Shown: piece by piece, positions 38,458 to 50,580 of the stretch
Numbering within the stretch: the stretch's first letter is position 1
Layout: every line of letters starts with the position of its first letter
Source: Lama glama
Lineage: Eukaryota
Direction of reading: 5' to 3'
Assembly (NCBI GenBank): GCA_028534125.1
Contig: CM052818.1
Coordinates: 31,498,001-31,562,000, forward strand
DNA: 64,000 bases
Position numbers and translations under genes: made by a program
The notes under the pieces: generated by a model
The model's database searches: none
What the model saw: only the letters and a program-made list of their open reading frames with translations
Told to the model about the DNA's origin: nothing

Positions 38458-39125
38458 CACAAACACCTGCACGTGGATGTTTATAGTAGTTTTATTTTTA
38501 ATTGCCAAAACTTGGGTGCAAGCGGGATGTCCTTCAGTAGGTGAACGGATAAATAAACTGTGGTACATCCAGACAATGAAGTATTATTCGGTGCTAAAAG
38601 GAAATGCGCCAATCAAGCCATGAATAGACATGGAGGAAACTTAAATGCAGATTGCTAAAGTGAAAGAAACCCATCTGAAAAGGCTACCTATTACGTAAGT
38701 CTAACTATATAACATTCTGGAAGAAGCAAAACTATGGAGACAGTAAAAAGATCACTGATTTCCAGGGGTTAGCAGGGAGGGATGGATGAGTAGTCAGAAC
38801 TCAGAGGATTTTTAGGGCAGTGAAAATACTCTGTATGATATTATAATGATGCATACATGTTGTTATACATTTGTCCAAACCCATAGACTGTACACTACCT
38901 GGAGTGAACCCTAATGTAAACTATGGACTTTGGATAATAATGGTGCATCAATGTAGGTTCATCCTTGGTATCGTGTATACCACTCTGGTGGGCGATATTG
39001 ATAATGGAGGAGACTGTGCATGTGGAGGGCAGAGGGTATACGGGAAATCTCTATACCTTCCATTCAATTTTGCTTTGAACCTACGACTTCTCTAAGGGGG
39101 AAAAAAACCAAAGTTTATTTTAAAA
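38458..39125 (+). mobile_element. L1MC-like 3' region
   Basis: gatgtccttcagtaggtgaacggataaataaactgtggtacatccagacaatg…gagtgaaccctaatgtaaactatggacttt. Confidence 0.85.
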
Positions 39126-40345
39126 ATGAAGGTTGGAAGCCACTAACTTGGACCAATCCCAATTCATTGCCAGAGCTCGGGAACATTTCTTTTGGCCAGG
39201 AAATCTGGGGAATGATGGCCAAATAGGCACCAACAATGTTTGCCACATCCTGCCTAGAAAGAAATGTGCTTTGTTGGGTGAATACTTGGCAGGCATGTGC
39301 GTAGGTGTGAAGCTTCAAGGGCACACTGGTTACGGTGTAACCACTGACTTGTTTTCAAAGGTGGGCAGGGCTGGCTAACTCCATGGTTGAGCTGGGTTTC
39401 TAAGCTGAAGGCCAGAGCTGAATTTCTGGGGACAGTAATGAGAATTGGCAAGGGACTTTGGAGAAACAACAGAGTCATTTAAAGGAGATTTTTATGAAGT
39501 TTGGCTGTGTGGTGAATGGCTGTGTTAAATGATTCAAAGATTTTTTTTTTTTCTTTCTCTCTGTGGCTCCAACAAGATGAAGTCTGGGGCTCTTGATCTG
39601 ACTTACTATTCCAATGAACTCAAACCACAGTGCTCAGTGAAAAACTGGAGGGAACCAATCCTTCGGAACAGTTGGCTAACTCCAGGCAGTGTGAGAAAGA
39701 TGGAGCACAAGGGGCTTCTTGCATTTTTCCATTCCTAGGATCCATCTCAAATCCTTCCCCTACTTTTTCCCTCTGATGGTTGTCCTCTTCACGTTACTAG
39801 ACAACTGAGTTTCCAACCCCTTATCACTACTTTTGGTCAAGTCACCCAAGGCTCTCTGCTCAGGGGAAGTTCTGGATTCAGCTCAGCCTTCCGTGCTGGT
39901 GGTTGGTGAGCAGAGACAGTGCACCAGTGCCCTGGAGTCATGGTAGAATCTCCCACACCTCTCCATCCACCACCACTTTCACATTCTCCAGTTCAGTTCT
40001 CCTGGAGTCTTGTCCTGCAGGCTGAAAGTGCTACCTAAATGTTTGCTTTTTCTGGCATCTTTGAGATCCTAGGAGGCAGGAACAAGCAGTGCCACACACA
40101 TCTAAAAAACCTGGTTCCTGAGGTAGGACAGTGGGGTAAGGATCTCTTCTGGTTTGGGACACTTGGAGCACCCCAGCTGATGCCCCTTGACAGGTGTAGA
40201 CACCAGTGTTCTTACTCATTGACGGGCCCCCACAGCCCACACCCATGTTTCCTCCGGCTTGCTTCCCTCAAAATCAAAAGTAGTCAGCTCCAGGGGATAG
40301 GAGCTGAGGTGATGTTCACTCTCTTCTTTGTGGCTTTTTGTAGAT

Positions 40346-40512
40346 CGGTGGTTCTCAGCCCTGACTCTACATTTAAATCTCCTGGGGAGATTTCAAGTCA
40401 CTATTACTGCCTAGACCTAAGCCCAGACCAATTAAATCAGAATCTCTGGGGGTGGGGCCCAGGCGTCAGGATTTTTTAAAGCTCTCAGGTGATGAGATGT
40501 GAATGAGAACTT
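40346..40512. mobile_element. MER5-type hAT-Charlie fossil
   Basis: gtggttctcagccc…cagaccaattaaatcagaatctctgggggtggggcccaggc…aaagctctcaggtgat. Confidence 0.8.
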
Positions 40513-42083
40513 GTATTTGAGTATGTGTATGTGTGCGTGTCTTCTTATAGGGAGTCTATACTTTATTTTTTAAATCTTAAAATAAAGCAATTTTTATTCT
40601 GGAAAATAAAAATTAATCCTATCTACTCAATTCATGCAAAAAAAAATTTAACCCTTTTTTTTAAATTTAAAAAATTTCCCATAAAGGGAAACATTGTATA
40701 TAATGAGAAAGTTTACATTTTCAGTGCTGTATGCAAAAGAGAAAACAAGTCAGAAATTAAAGTGAATAAAATCATAATTTAAAAGAAATATTATTTACAT
40801 TTCATTTCTTTAATGAGGTAACTATGTTTTCATGGCTTTTTTTTTTGATAAGGAGGCAAATACAGGAAAGAAAATCAAAATGAGTAACAAAATCAACTGA
40901 ACGTACATGTTTTGGAGGGGCCCACACATATCCTTGCTGTGTGCTGATCTTTAAATAGACTTTTTATTTCTGTACTGACTCACACGATAGTTGTTTCTGG
41001 TGGAAGTTGAGACTTTTGTAACTGCATGTTTTGTACCAGATGTGGTTGTAAAAGTAGTGGTTGCTTGGATTGAGGTCATTGAAAGAAGAAAATAGACAAC
41101 TATAGGGTAGAAAATGTGGCATCGTGCTCCCGTGCGCCTTTTCCCTCTTCTCGGAGGGAGAACCGGTCAGTTGGAAAAGTTACCCAAGGGCTTTTCCCAC
41201 ATCCTCAGAGCAGGCGTGCATGGCCTTTGGGGTCCCTGACTGTGAGGCTCTGACCCCTGACCAAGTTGGCAGGGCCCAGAGCCTGGAGCTGAAGCTGTCA
41301 GGGAGTGATTTACAGGGGAGGGGTCAACCTTTGGGTAGACTCATGACAGCTACATGCTGGTGACTAAGGGGCTGGTCACATGCAGGTGTTTATTTCTCTA
41401 AACCCTCCCTTTTGATGTTATTGTGGTCAGCTGTATCAATAATGAATCTACCTAAATTTTTTTGAAGGATAACAAAGTAAAAAATAATGCCTTGCTATAT
41501 CAAGGCCCTTTCTGGGGCCAGTGTTCCTATATTATATGTGAAGTAGCCCAACCACTTACACTCTGAAATCCCAAATATAATTATGCAGGACTTCTACCTA
41601 ACTCCATGGTCGACTTCTCATTAATAATCACAGCACCCCTCGCATTCATGTGAGTGCCAAAGATCTTTATTGTCAGAGATCTTGGATGTATATTCATTAA
41701 TCCATATTCTTCTGCCTTGTAATAATTCTCAATTTGCCCAAGAATCTTGTGTCTTGAGGGCCCTCAAGGGAAGGAACTATGCTATTGATGTTTCTTTCCA
41801 GGGTATCCCTAATATGCTGAATTCTACACTGTCGGTGCTAATGAGTGCACGGTAACCAGCCAGTGAGATCACTACTGGATCACGGGCACTTTGCTGTTGC
41901 CTCAGCACTCAAAGTCAAATGACTGGGGTGGAGATTATAGTCAGAGCCAAGGGGCCTTTAGGGACTGTCTGGGATTCGATCTAGCCCAGTGTCCTCAGTT
42001 TACAGAAACAAACCCAGAGAAGTCAAAAACTTGCTAGTAAATATATGCTAAAAAGGAACAATCCAAATAAATGTGTCACCAGA

Positions 42084-42116
42084 CTGCTGCCTCCCTGCTG
42101 CCTCCCTGCTGCCTCC
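42084..42116. repeat. Perfect 11-bp tandem triplication (ctgctgcctcc)x3
   Basis: Seen directly. Confidence 0.9.
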
Positions 42117-42619
42117 CTTCCCCTGGAGGGGCAGAGCCCTGGCAGCAAAGTTAGTAAGGCTGGGATTACTAAAGTCCATTTCACCGGAAAAAAAGATCTA
42201 TCTGTTTATTAACTAAGGAAGGGCTCATTGATCCCCCTGGGACAATTACAACACTTGGAAACACAGAGTGTAGAGCTGTCGTGGTTTTACTTTTTTACAA
42301 AATTGGAGTAACTAGCTTAGTCCTCCAGCGTGTGTCCCTTTAACGGGCAGAAAATGAAGACCCTCCAATGCCTGCTGGCCTCCAGGAACCCAGTGAAATC
42401 AGGTAGGCCTGCACGGGCTGGCCCACCCCGCCTCCCTGGGTGAAATTCATGCCTTTCCCTTAGTCTCCTGTCCTTGTTATACAGATGCAATCCACAGGGA
42501 AACTGGGCAGCGCTTTGGTTGCGTCTAGAAAGGAAAGCTACTGCCTCAGTTGGGGGCGCCCTGTCTAACCCCTGTCTGGAGCTCTTTGGCAGAGGCCCCT
42601 CGCACCACCCCCTCCCCTG

Positions 42620-42755
42620 CATCCCACGCCCACGCCTGTCCCTGCTCTGTCTGAAGCCCACTTGCTGCCGGAGGCGCTTACTCTCTAGCTGGTTTGTTTC
42701 CGCTCTGGGTGGCTGATTGGCTTCTGAGGTCTTTGCTTAGGGCCCGCCCATCTTT
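42620..42755. promoter_or_regulatory. Promoter-like motif cluster (EGR/KLF, ETS, NF-Y CCAAT, GC box)
   Basis: cgcccacgc 42627-42635; tttccg about 42697-42702; ctgattggct 42713-42722; ggcccgccca 42741-42750; locally more CpG. No transcript evidence. Confidence 0.4.
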
Positions 42756-42919
42756 CCTCTTTCTGCCCTCAGCCAGCCCACCTAAACCGAACTACACAGC
42801 TTCTGGACTCCCAAGGCCCCTCTTCAAAGCCCACCCTGCCAGCCTGGAGCCGCACTGGTGGGAGCTCCTCCTAACCCTTCCACTCACTTGCCGGGTGACT
42901 GCAAGCTGGTTACCTTTCT

Positions 42920-43775
42920 TTCTTTTTTTCAACCAATGTTATTGTGATAGAATTTACAAACAACAAATACACTCACTGAAAATGTTCAGCTCAATGAGTT
43001 TTGACAAATGTATACACACCCATGCAAATACCACCCTGTCAAGAAATAGAGCATTTCTCCCACCCCAGATAATTTCCTCCCCACCTCCCCAGGAAATAGC
43101 TGATCTGCTTTTTCTCACTGCAAATCAGTTTGACCTGTTCTAGAATTTCATATAAAAGGAGTCATACAGTAAGTTCTCTTCAGTCCCTAAAGGCTTCTTT
43201 CTCTCAGCATGTTTTTGAGATTCATCCTTATTTTTGCATCTATCAGTTTGCTCCCTTTTATTGCTGAGTAGGATTTTATTCTGTGGATAGGCCACAAAAT
43301 TTTTATCTGTTCACCCGTTCATGGGCATTTGTTTTCGATTTTTTTTCCTACTTTGGGGCTATTATGAATAAAGCTGTGATGAGTATATGTGTATATGTCT
43401 TTGTGTGGACATATGTTTTCATTTCTCTTAGGTAAATAGGAGTAGAATTCCTGAGTCATATCATAAGAGTATGTTTAACTTTATTTTTAAAAAATTTAAA
43501 AAATAACATCTGCCAGTCGTTTCTAAAGTGATGGTACCATTTCACACTCCACCATTAATATGTAAGTTCCTAGTTGCTCAGCATCCTTGTCAACGCTTGA
43601 TATAGTCGGTCTTTTGGTATTTAGCCATTATAGGGGGTGCAGTTGTATCTCATTGTGGTTATCATTTGCATTTCCATATCATTTCCATTTCACTGGTTAT
43701 CATTTGCATTTCCATAATGACTAATGACGTTAAACATCATATGTTTTCATGTGCATATTTGGCTGTTCATGTATC
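42920..43775 (-). mobile_element. Old L1M (L1MB/ME-like) 3' region
   Basis: caatgagttttgacaaatgtatacac…ctgttctagaatttcatataaa…ggctattatgaataaagctg…tttgcatttccataatgactaatga. Confidence 0.85.
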
Positions 43776-44099
43776 AAGAAAGTTGTTTTAAACTTCTTTG
43801 ATTCTTAGTTTCCTTGTCTGCAATGGGGATTAATTTCCTAATTCTCCTCAAAAGGGTGATGTTAACAGATATGAAAACAATCTTTAAACTTGGAGGATGA
43901 ACATAATGTAAGAAGACTCCATTTCTTCAAAGTGAGGAATTTCTTGTATAAGGCAATAGGTCCAGGTAGTACCCACAAGATTGATTTTTCTTGAACATCA
44001 CTTTGTTATTCTCTCCAGGTCGAGAAAAGTCAGTGGCTCTCTCTTGGTTATGAGATCCATGCTCTCTCTATCTAAAACCCAACAGCAGCAACCTATCCC

Positions 44100-45200
44100 C
44101 TCACCAGTCTTTATCTCTGCAAAGTGAGTTCTCCCCAGCAGCTGAGAGTCTGTCCTCTGTCCCTCTCCTGGCTTTGCACAAACTACTCTGCTTTCCACGG
44201 AACCCCCCACCTCTTTTGTCTCCTGTGAACCCATGGCAGTTCCTTTGGCAAAGCTCTCTGTCCGAATCACCTCTTCCAGGAAGCCTTTTCATGTGCCTCC
44301 AGTCACTCTCCCCTTTGTAACCTTTTAGCCCTTTAACAGATGGTTTGTGACATAGGGACTTTCTTCTGAGCCCCTCCAAGCTCCGTGTTTCCAAGCTGGA
44401 TGTCTCCATCTGAAGGTTCCACAGTCACCCCAAACTCAGCATGACCCCAGAAAGTTCATCGCTTTTCTGTCCCCCATGATCTCCCATCTCCCTTTGACTT
44501 CCCTATTTGCATCATCACTCTCCTGGTCACCTCGGCTCAAAACCCTGGGGTGATCTGCAACTCCTCCCTTTCCTTGATCTCTTGCATCTCATCAGTTACC
44601 AACTCCTGCCAATTCTACCTCTTAAATTCTTTTCTTCCTCTTCCTCCTCACCTCTATGATCCTGGCTCTCATCTCCTGAGGCATGTTGCTTGGTCTGTTT
44701 GTGACCAAGCAGTAGACACGGCTGGCTGACTAGCTCACCACCAGTCCCCATCCCTCCCTATCAGCAGACCCCCATTACCACGATAGAGACAGAGCATCCA
44801 GATGCTTCCTTTCCCAGCCTCCTCTGCAGCCAGGCATGGCCATGTCACCTGGTTCTGGTCAATAAGATATCAGAGGAGGTCTCCTGGGAGGCTTCTGGAA
44901 TGATTTTCCTCCCCCTTCTCATTTGCCCTCTGCTGCTAGTGGCTCTTCATGCTGTTCTTAATTTCCTCCCACCCCTGTCCTTTCATGCCAGTTCTCTCCT
45001 GAACATGTCTGCCAAAGCATCTTTCCCAAACAGAGTTTTGACCAGGTTATATTCATGCTCTCAATAACTCCCCCAACAGATGCTGGAGAAAGCCTGAAAA
45101 CCAATAGTCTGGCATATAATGCTTCCAAGATTTAGTTCTAACATACCTTTCTTATTTTCTTCCCTGAGATTTGCTTTCATATCCCTCTGCCTGCCCAAAA
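44100..45200 (+). mobile_element. L2 fragments with an MLT1 LTR fragment at about 44700-44910
   Basis: atcacctcttccaggaagcctt; ccccaaactcagcatg; MLT1-like ttcccagcctcctctgcagccaggcatggccatgtcacctggttctggtcaata. Confidence 0.6.
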
Positions 45201-45669
45201 GGGGATAAATACTTTCTCTGTGTATTAGTTAGGGTTCTCCAGAGCTTAGGAGGAGGGGTGGTTAGACACAGGAGACTGACCTTCAGTGGCCTATCCTGTT
45301 ACCCTATTCAGGATGGAGTCTGAAACGCCACCATATGCAAAATCAGAAAAGCAGGGGTGCTTATCGTCCTCAAAAGCAAGGATTTATATGACAGCATAGG
45401 CTGCAGACAGGCAAGGTTGCCCTGATCCTCAAATAAACATCTTCCTAAATAAAGATCGAGAAGATTCAAATAAAGATCTTCTCAAATAAAGGTCAGGTGG
45501 ATTGCAGAAATTATGGTGGTGGGGGGAGAACAAAGCAGGGATGATGAAGAAAACAAGACACACAGTGCACCTAACCCTAGGCATCTCACTGACTTGCATG
45601 CCAGCCTCCAGGCTCATCTGATTTAATGGTCCCCTTGGTTCTGCTTCCTGAAAATAGTCATCGTAAAAA

Positions 45670-45970
45670 TAACTAATATTTATCGAGCACTTCAGATGCC
45701 GGATCTCATTTAATCCTCACGTGGCCCTATGAAGTTAGCAGTGTCATTACTCTTATTTTCCAGTTCCTTGCCTTGGGTTTATAAGTCATAAGTGGCAGAA
45801 CTGAGGCTGGAACTCCAAAGGTCCTGTCCTGTAAGCTCTGACGTTCATTCATCCATTCACGCACATGTTTATTCATTCATTCATTCCTTCCTTTACCAGA
45901 CATTTACTGCATTAAAGATTGTGCCACGGAGCTAAAGATGATTAATACGTAGATCCTGTCCCCAGGGATC
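45670..45970 (-). mobile_element. MIR followed by an L2 3' tail
   Basis: atttatcgagcac…tctcatttaatcctcac…aagtggcagaactg; then (ttca)n…acatttactg. Confidence 0.7.
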
Positions 45971-46289
45971 TCAAAGGCCATGAGAGAAACGCCCGCCTAA
46001 GCAAATACTCCTACGACATCCCCGTGAGCACTGCAACAGTGGCCTGAGCCAGCGATTCACGTTGCCCTTGATGGATAACAGACTGGTGGAATTTGCCCCT
46101 TCTCGTCCAACCCCAGCCTTTCCACAGTCCTCTGTCATCCTCTGTGATGCTGACGTTGGTGTCTGCGACTTCATCTGATACCCTCTGACATGTTTTTTCT
46201 CATGCTTCTGGACTTGGCTGCCCTCCAGCTCCACTCAGTGCTTGCCACACAACATCCTGCCAGGTCTGAGTGGGGCAAAGGAAGGGGCC

Positions 46290-46465
46290 CCAAGACCAGC
46301 CTGGGGAGCTGGTTCTCCTCTCAGCTCTGCCTCTGCCTCTGCCTGGCAGCAAGTCCTTGGAAAGCCACTTAACATTAGGGGGCCTCACTCAGCACTTTCT
46401 ATAGAAGAAAGGGTGGAATTAGATGCTCTTTGAGGTTACTTTAACTTTCAGTATTTTATGAACCT
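46290..46465 (+). mobile_element. MIR (MIR3-like)
   Basis: ccttggaaagccacttaac…ggcctca…ctataga…gggtggaattagatgctctttgagg. Confidence 0.55.
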
Positions 46466-47999
46466 AGCCTAACTTTCCAACGTGGCGTCACAGTGAGTGG
46501 TGTCATTGCCCTGAACTTTCTAGGAAGCCCATCTTCTCTTTTGTGCCCTCTCTGAGGCCTCTCTCCTGGAAAGCCCACCCTCCTTTCCCAACATGCCCTT
46601 TCTATCAGGTATCCCCCCTGGAGTTGTGTTCAGGCCCCTGGTTCATCCTGGGTTATAATCCACCAGCTCCCGACCTTGAATGGTTTTCAAGGTTACTTCA
46701 CCCACATCTGGGGTCCAAATGACAGCTCAGGCCTTGAGTCACCTGTGGAAGCAGAGGAAATCCAGGATTTTGAGTGCCTGGCTGAGGCTTAGATCCACTT
46801 GAGTGAGCTGGCTGCCTCCCTGAGACAAGGGCCAAGACTCCCTTCCTTGCCAACAGATGATCACAGGACACAGGAGGGAGGCTCGCTGGCTAAACCATAC
46901 CACACCAGACCCTGTGTCCTAGGCCCAGAGTTAATCACTGAAGAGGACACCCCAGGAGTGGGTGCCGCAGGCACTGTCTTTGTAGAAAAGGCTCTCCGGG
47001 GTGAATGTTTGTAGCTCAGACTGTTCTTTCTTCTCTCCTTCTCCCAATATGCCGTGGGTAGGAAACGAGTGCCGTGCTGATGCCCCCGGCTCAGCACCTG
47101 CTCCTGTGGAGCCAGGACGACATAGCCGTAGAGGACTGAGACTGAGAGGTGGGAAGGGACGTACTGCAGGTGATTCAGCCAACAGCAGGCGGGGCCCAGA
47201 TCAGACACTCATGTCTTCAGACACAGGGGCGTTCATCGCTGTACATAGTCTTGGTTTGCCCTCTCACACCTGGCATTAGGGGTAACATCCAGACACGGGA
47301 AGACCTGCCGTCCCTTCCGTAGCAGATTTCCACAGCAGAGGAGGATTTTGAGCTGGGATCCCGGTGTGAAACGAATTATCCTGCTCTGGAAGCTGGTGTG
47401 TCAAATGCTTCTGAGCCTAAGGCCTGGACTTTGCTTCCTTTGTGTTCCTGCTGTTTGCTGTAATAGGTACCTTTTCTCTCAATAGAGGGAACATACAGAT
47501 GAGGGCAGAGCCATCTCCCCAATATCTAGGCTCTGCAATCGGTCTCAGTAGCCAGCCTTCTTCCCAGGACATCTGCCTTGAAGAACCACCCTCCTGAAGA
47601 AGGAGCCAGCGTTTACTCTTGTGTGATTCCGGAGCATTTCCTGAGCATCAGCTGTGCCCACAGCTCGGTAGGAGGCCCCTCCACAACATACAGATAATTT
47701 CCTTCAGTAAACATTCATGATGCACTTTCCGCAAGCAGACAGTGAGGCTGTGAACAAGACGCAAGTCCCTGCCCTCCTCAAGCTTACCTTCTAGAGGTGT
47801 GTGACAGTGTGTAAGGAGATGACAATGTGTAAATGTGATAAGTTTCTTCTCCCTAACGAGTTATCATCAAGTAGGGAAAATAAATGTGGTGATCAATCAG
47901 CAGTATTTTATCTAAAAGCCACAGCCCGTATCCAGCCAGCCAGCTCTTTGCTGCCGGGCAAGAACAATGGCCTCTGGTTCTGCCATGCTGACAAGGACG

Positions 48000-48200
48000 T
48001 GTGGTGGAGGGAGTTCTGCATCTGGACTCAGCCCACCCAGATGGGCTTCCAGACTGGGCTGTGTGCCAGCTGTGAGGTCTTAAGCAAATGCCTTAACGGC
48101 TCTTGGCCTGGGGCTCCTCATCTGTAAAAGGGCTTGCCTTGCTTCCTCTCTGGGTTGTTTTGAGACAGATAAGTTGATATACATGCGCTCAGCTGATAAA
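48000..48200 (+). mobile_element. MIR SINE
   Basis: agctgtgaggtcttaagcaaatgccttaac…ctcctcatctgtaaaaggg. Confidence 0.7.
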
Positions 48201-48240
48201 CTAGAACTTGCACCAAAATGCAGTTGTATTCTTGAATGCC

Positions 48241-48381
48241 TTTCTTTTTTTTTTTTTTTTTTAGGGGAGGAGGTAATTTGTTTTATTTATTTACTTATTT
48301 TTTAAGTGGAGGTACTGGGGATTGAACCCAGGACCTTGTGAATGCTAGGCAGACACTCTACCACTGAGATATCCCCTCCCC
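48241..48381 (-). mobile_element. Camelid tRNA-derived SINE (vic-1 type)
   Basis: Minus strand GGGGAGGGGATATCTCAGTGGTAGAGTG…CAAGGTCCTGGGTTCAATCCCCAGTACCTCC with Pol III A and B boxes and an A-tail. TSD tgcagtt(a)gtattctt at 48219-48233 and 48382-48397. Confidence 0.88.
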
Positions 48382-48754
48382 TGCAGTTAGTATTCTTGAA
48401 ACAAAAGGTCAATATTTGAAAAAAAAATTCCAAGGGTGGTGCTAATTCTCTTAGGAGTCCCAAGGACTAGAGAGGTCATACAGTGACAGGCACATCCACA
48501 TCAATTACATCCATGTCAAAAATATTGGGGTGAGTTTCCAGCCATGACCTCCAACAGAACCAGGGTCAGTGTTAAGTGGAAGTTGCCACCACTTACTTGG
48601 GGATGATTTCTAAACTGGCTACTGGCATTTGAAACCTATCATCAGAATGTTAGCACTTTGGCTTAGTTAGATGGGGTTTTGTTACATGTTGAGTGAAAGT
48701 ACTCCACCTCAGGGGGAATGAGTTAATAATCTTGGCCACAAGTTCTGACAAGGT

Positions 48755-49270
48755 GACTCGTTCATTCAACAAGCATCTATTGTACTCTGGGAGGACAATG
48801 GTGGTCACAATAGGTATGTCCCTTGTGCTCAAGGAGCTACGTACGGTCCAGTGGAGAATTGAGACTTGAGACATTGAACCAGAGACAGAGGGAGTAAGTG
48901 CAGAGACAGGAGAGGTCAGGGGGACACGGAAGCACCAAGCAGGAGCACCTCACCCAGACTTGGACGTGGGAGAGGGGGTTGGGGAATGTTTCAAGGAAGA
49001 GGTGTTATTTAAATTGGTAGCTGGGAGGATGGGCTGGAAGATGCAGTGGAGGGGTGGGCTGGGCTGGAGAGATTCCTGGCACAGAGAACAGCATATGCAA
49101 AGGGGCAGAGAGGGGAGAGTGGGCAGGAACTAAAGAAATCTAGAGCTAGGAGGGAGGAGGGCAGGGGCAGTGTGTCTAGAAATGAGGCTGCAGTGCCGAC
49201 AGGGGCCAATCGTGAAGGGTCCCATGTGCCATGGAAAGCAGTTTGGATGTCCTTCCTGGGAAAGGTGACC
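48755..49270 (-). mobile_element. L2 LINE 3' region
   Basis: ttcattcaacaagcatctattg…tgctcaaggagct…ttcctggcacagagaacagcatatgcaaagg. Confidence 0.8.
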
Positions 49271-50399
49271 AGTCTGCCAGGGACAGTCACGGTTTATGCC
49301 TGTTGCCTCCAAGGAATGATGAATAGCACCATTTCCTTTCCTTCTTCAAAGCCGCCCTCGGTTGGATGATAAATGATATGGTCACCCATCCTTAGGGCCG
49401 TGGGAAGGTAGGGAGCCAGGCAGTGGCTGGGAGGCGTGGGGAGGGAGGAATCAGCTTCCTTTCCATGATGCTGGGGAGTATGGATGCAGACTGACACGTC
49501 TCAAAACATGAATGGGATCATTTCTACCACTCAGGTAACTGTTTTTCAAATACCGAAAGAAGTGATTGAGTTCTTATTCAGTCTTATGGGATTCTCTGTG
49601 ACTGCCAGCAGCTATGCTAGTCACCCAAAGAAGCTGGAAGATGCAATACTCTGAGGGGTCAGTTAGGCAGTCCCCCAGGGCCAGAAGAAACCAGGAGTCC
49701 AGGGCAGTACTTCTTCCGAAGAGAAGTAGGAAGCAGGCAGGGTCTTCCTTCAGCCCAGGTTGGGGAAGGACAGAAGTCTAAAACACCTACCCAGTGGGGC
49801 GCCTCCCCAATCCCCAGCTTTTAGTGGCTGGGGGCTGGTACTGTGGGGGACACTCGGGCCTGTTCTCCTGCCTCCTCACCCTGGAAACTGGCCAGTGCTC
49901 CATTACCCTGGGAATCAAGGGCCTCCTGGGAGCCCAGCCTCCTCCTCCACTGCTCCCAGCAGAGTAGGCCTGTTATCAGAGTTAATGAGAGTTACTCATG
50001 GTTTAAGTGCTGTTTCCATCCTAGAGTCGGCATTTCTGCTTTGGTTCAGCCTCTCCCGCTGTAATTAACTAATTAACTATCAATGGCGGGGGTGATGCAA
50101 TTATGACACAGTGAGCCTGGTTCCTCATCTTCCCACCAAGAACCCCTGAGCCCTCTAGAATCCAGAGAGGCCAGAATGAATTAAACAGGATGTCTTTGGC
50201 CAGAGCACTGGTCACCCAGCCAGCATCCAAGGCCACTCCTTTCTTTGGTCCCAGAGGCAAGGCAGGGGCTGGCGATACCCTGAGGGGGAACACTGGGCTC
50301 TTAGCCATTAACCACTGTGTGCCCCTTGGAAGGCCAAGTGCTGTGGCCCAGGGCTAGTCACCAAGGTTCCCAGAGCCTCTACTCCTCACCGATAAACAA

Positions 50400-50580
50400 A
50401 CAAAAGCTGTTGTTTTCATGAATGTGAAAGTGCTTTGAAACACACTATGCAGTTGCTCCTTGTACTGGACTTGCAAATCAAAGCCGAAGGCATTAAGTGA
50501 CTTGCCTAGGGCCACCAGTAGGCAAGTGGAGCCTGGGTCAGAATCCAGGGCCCTTCTCCAGCCAGCTTTGCCCACTGCAC
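50400..50580 (-). mobile_element. MIR SINE
   Basis: ttaagtgacttgcctagggccaccagtaggcaagtggagcctggg. Confidence 0.6.

Larger units (their letters stand above)
37820..39250 (-). mobile_element. MLT1K-like LTR split by nested insertions (pieces about 37820-38215 and 39145-39250)
   Basis: taacaagaagtctggaagtaggcag…catggttacaagatgg…tttcattggccagaactgg; resumes as ttggaccaatc…tgtttgccaca. Confidence 0.6.

Noticed and set aside
48300..48381. tRNA gene
   Set aside because: The tRNA-like head is followed by an AT-rich body and poly-A and is flanked by a TSD, so it is a SINE.
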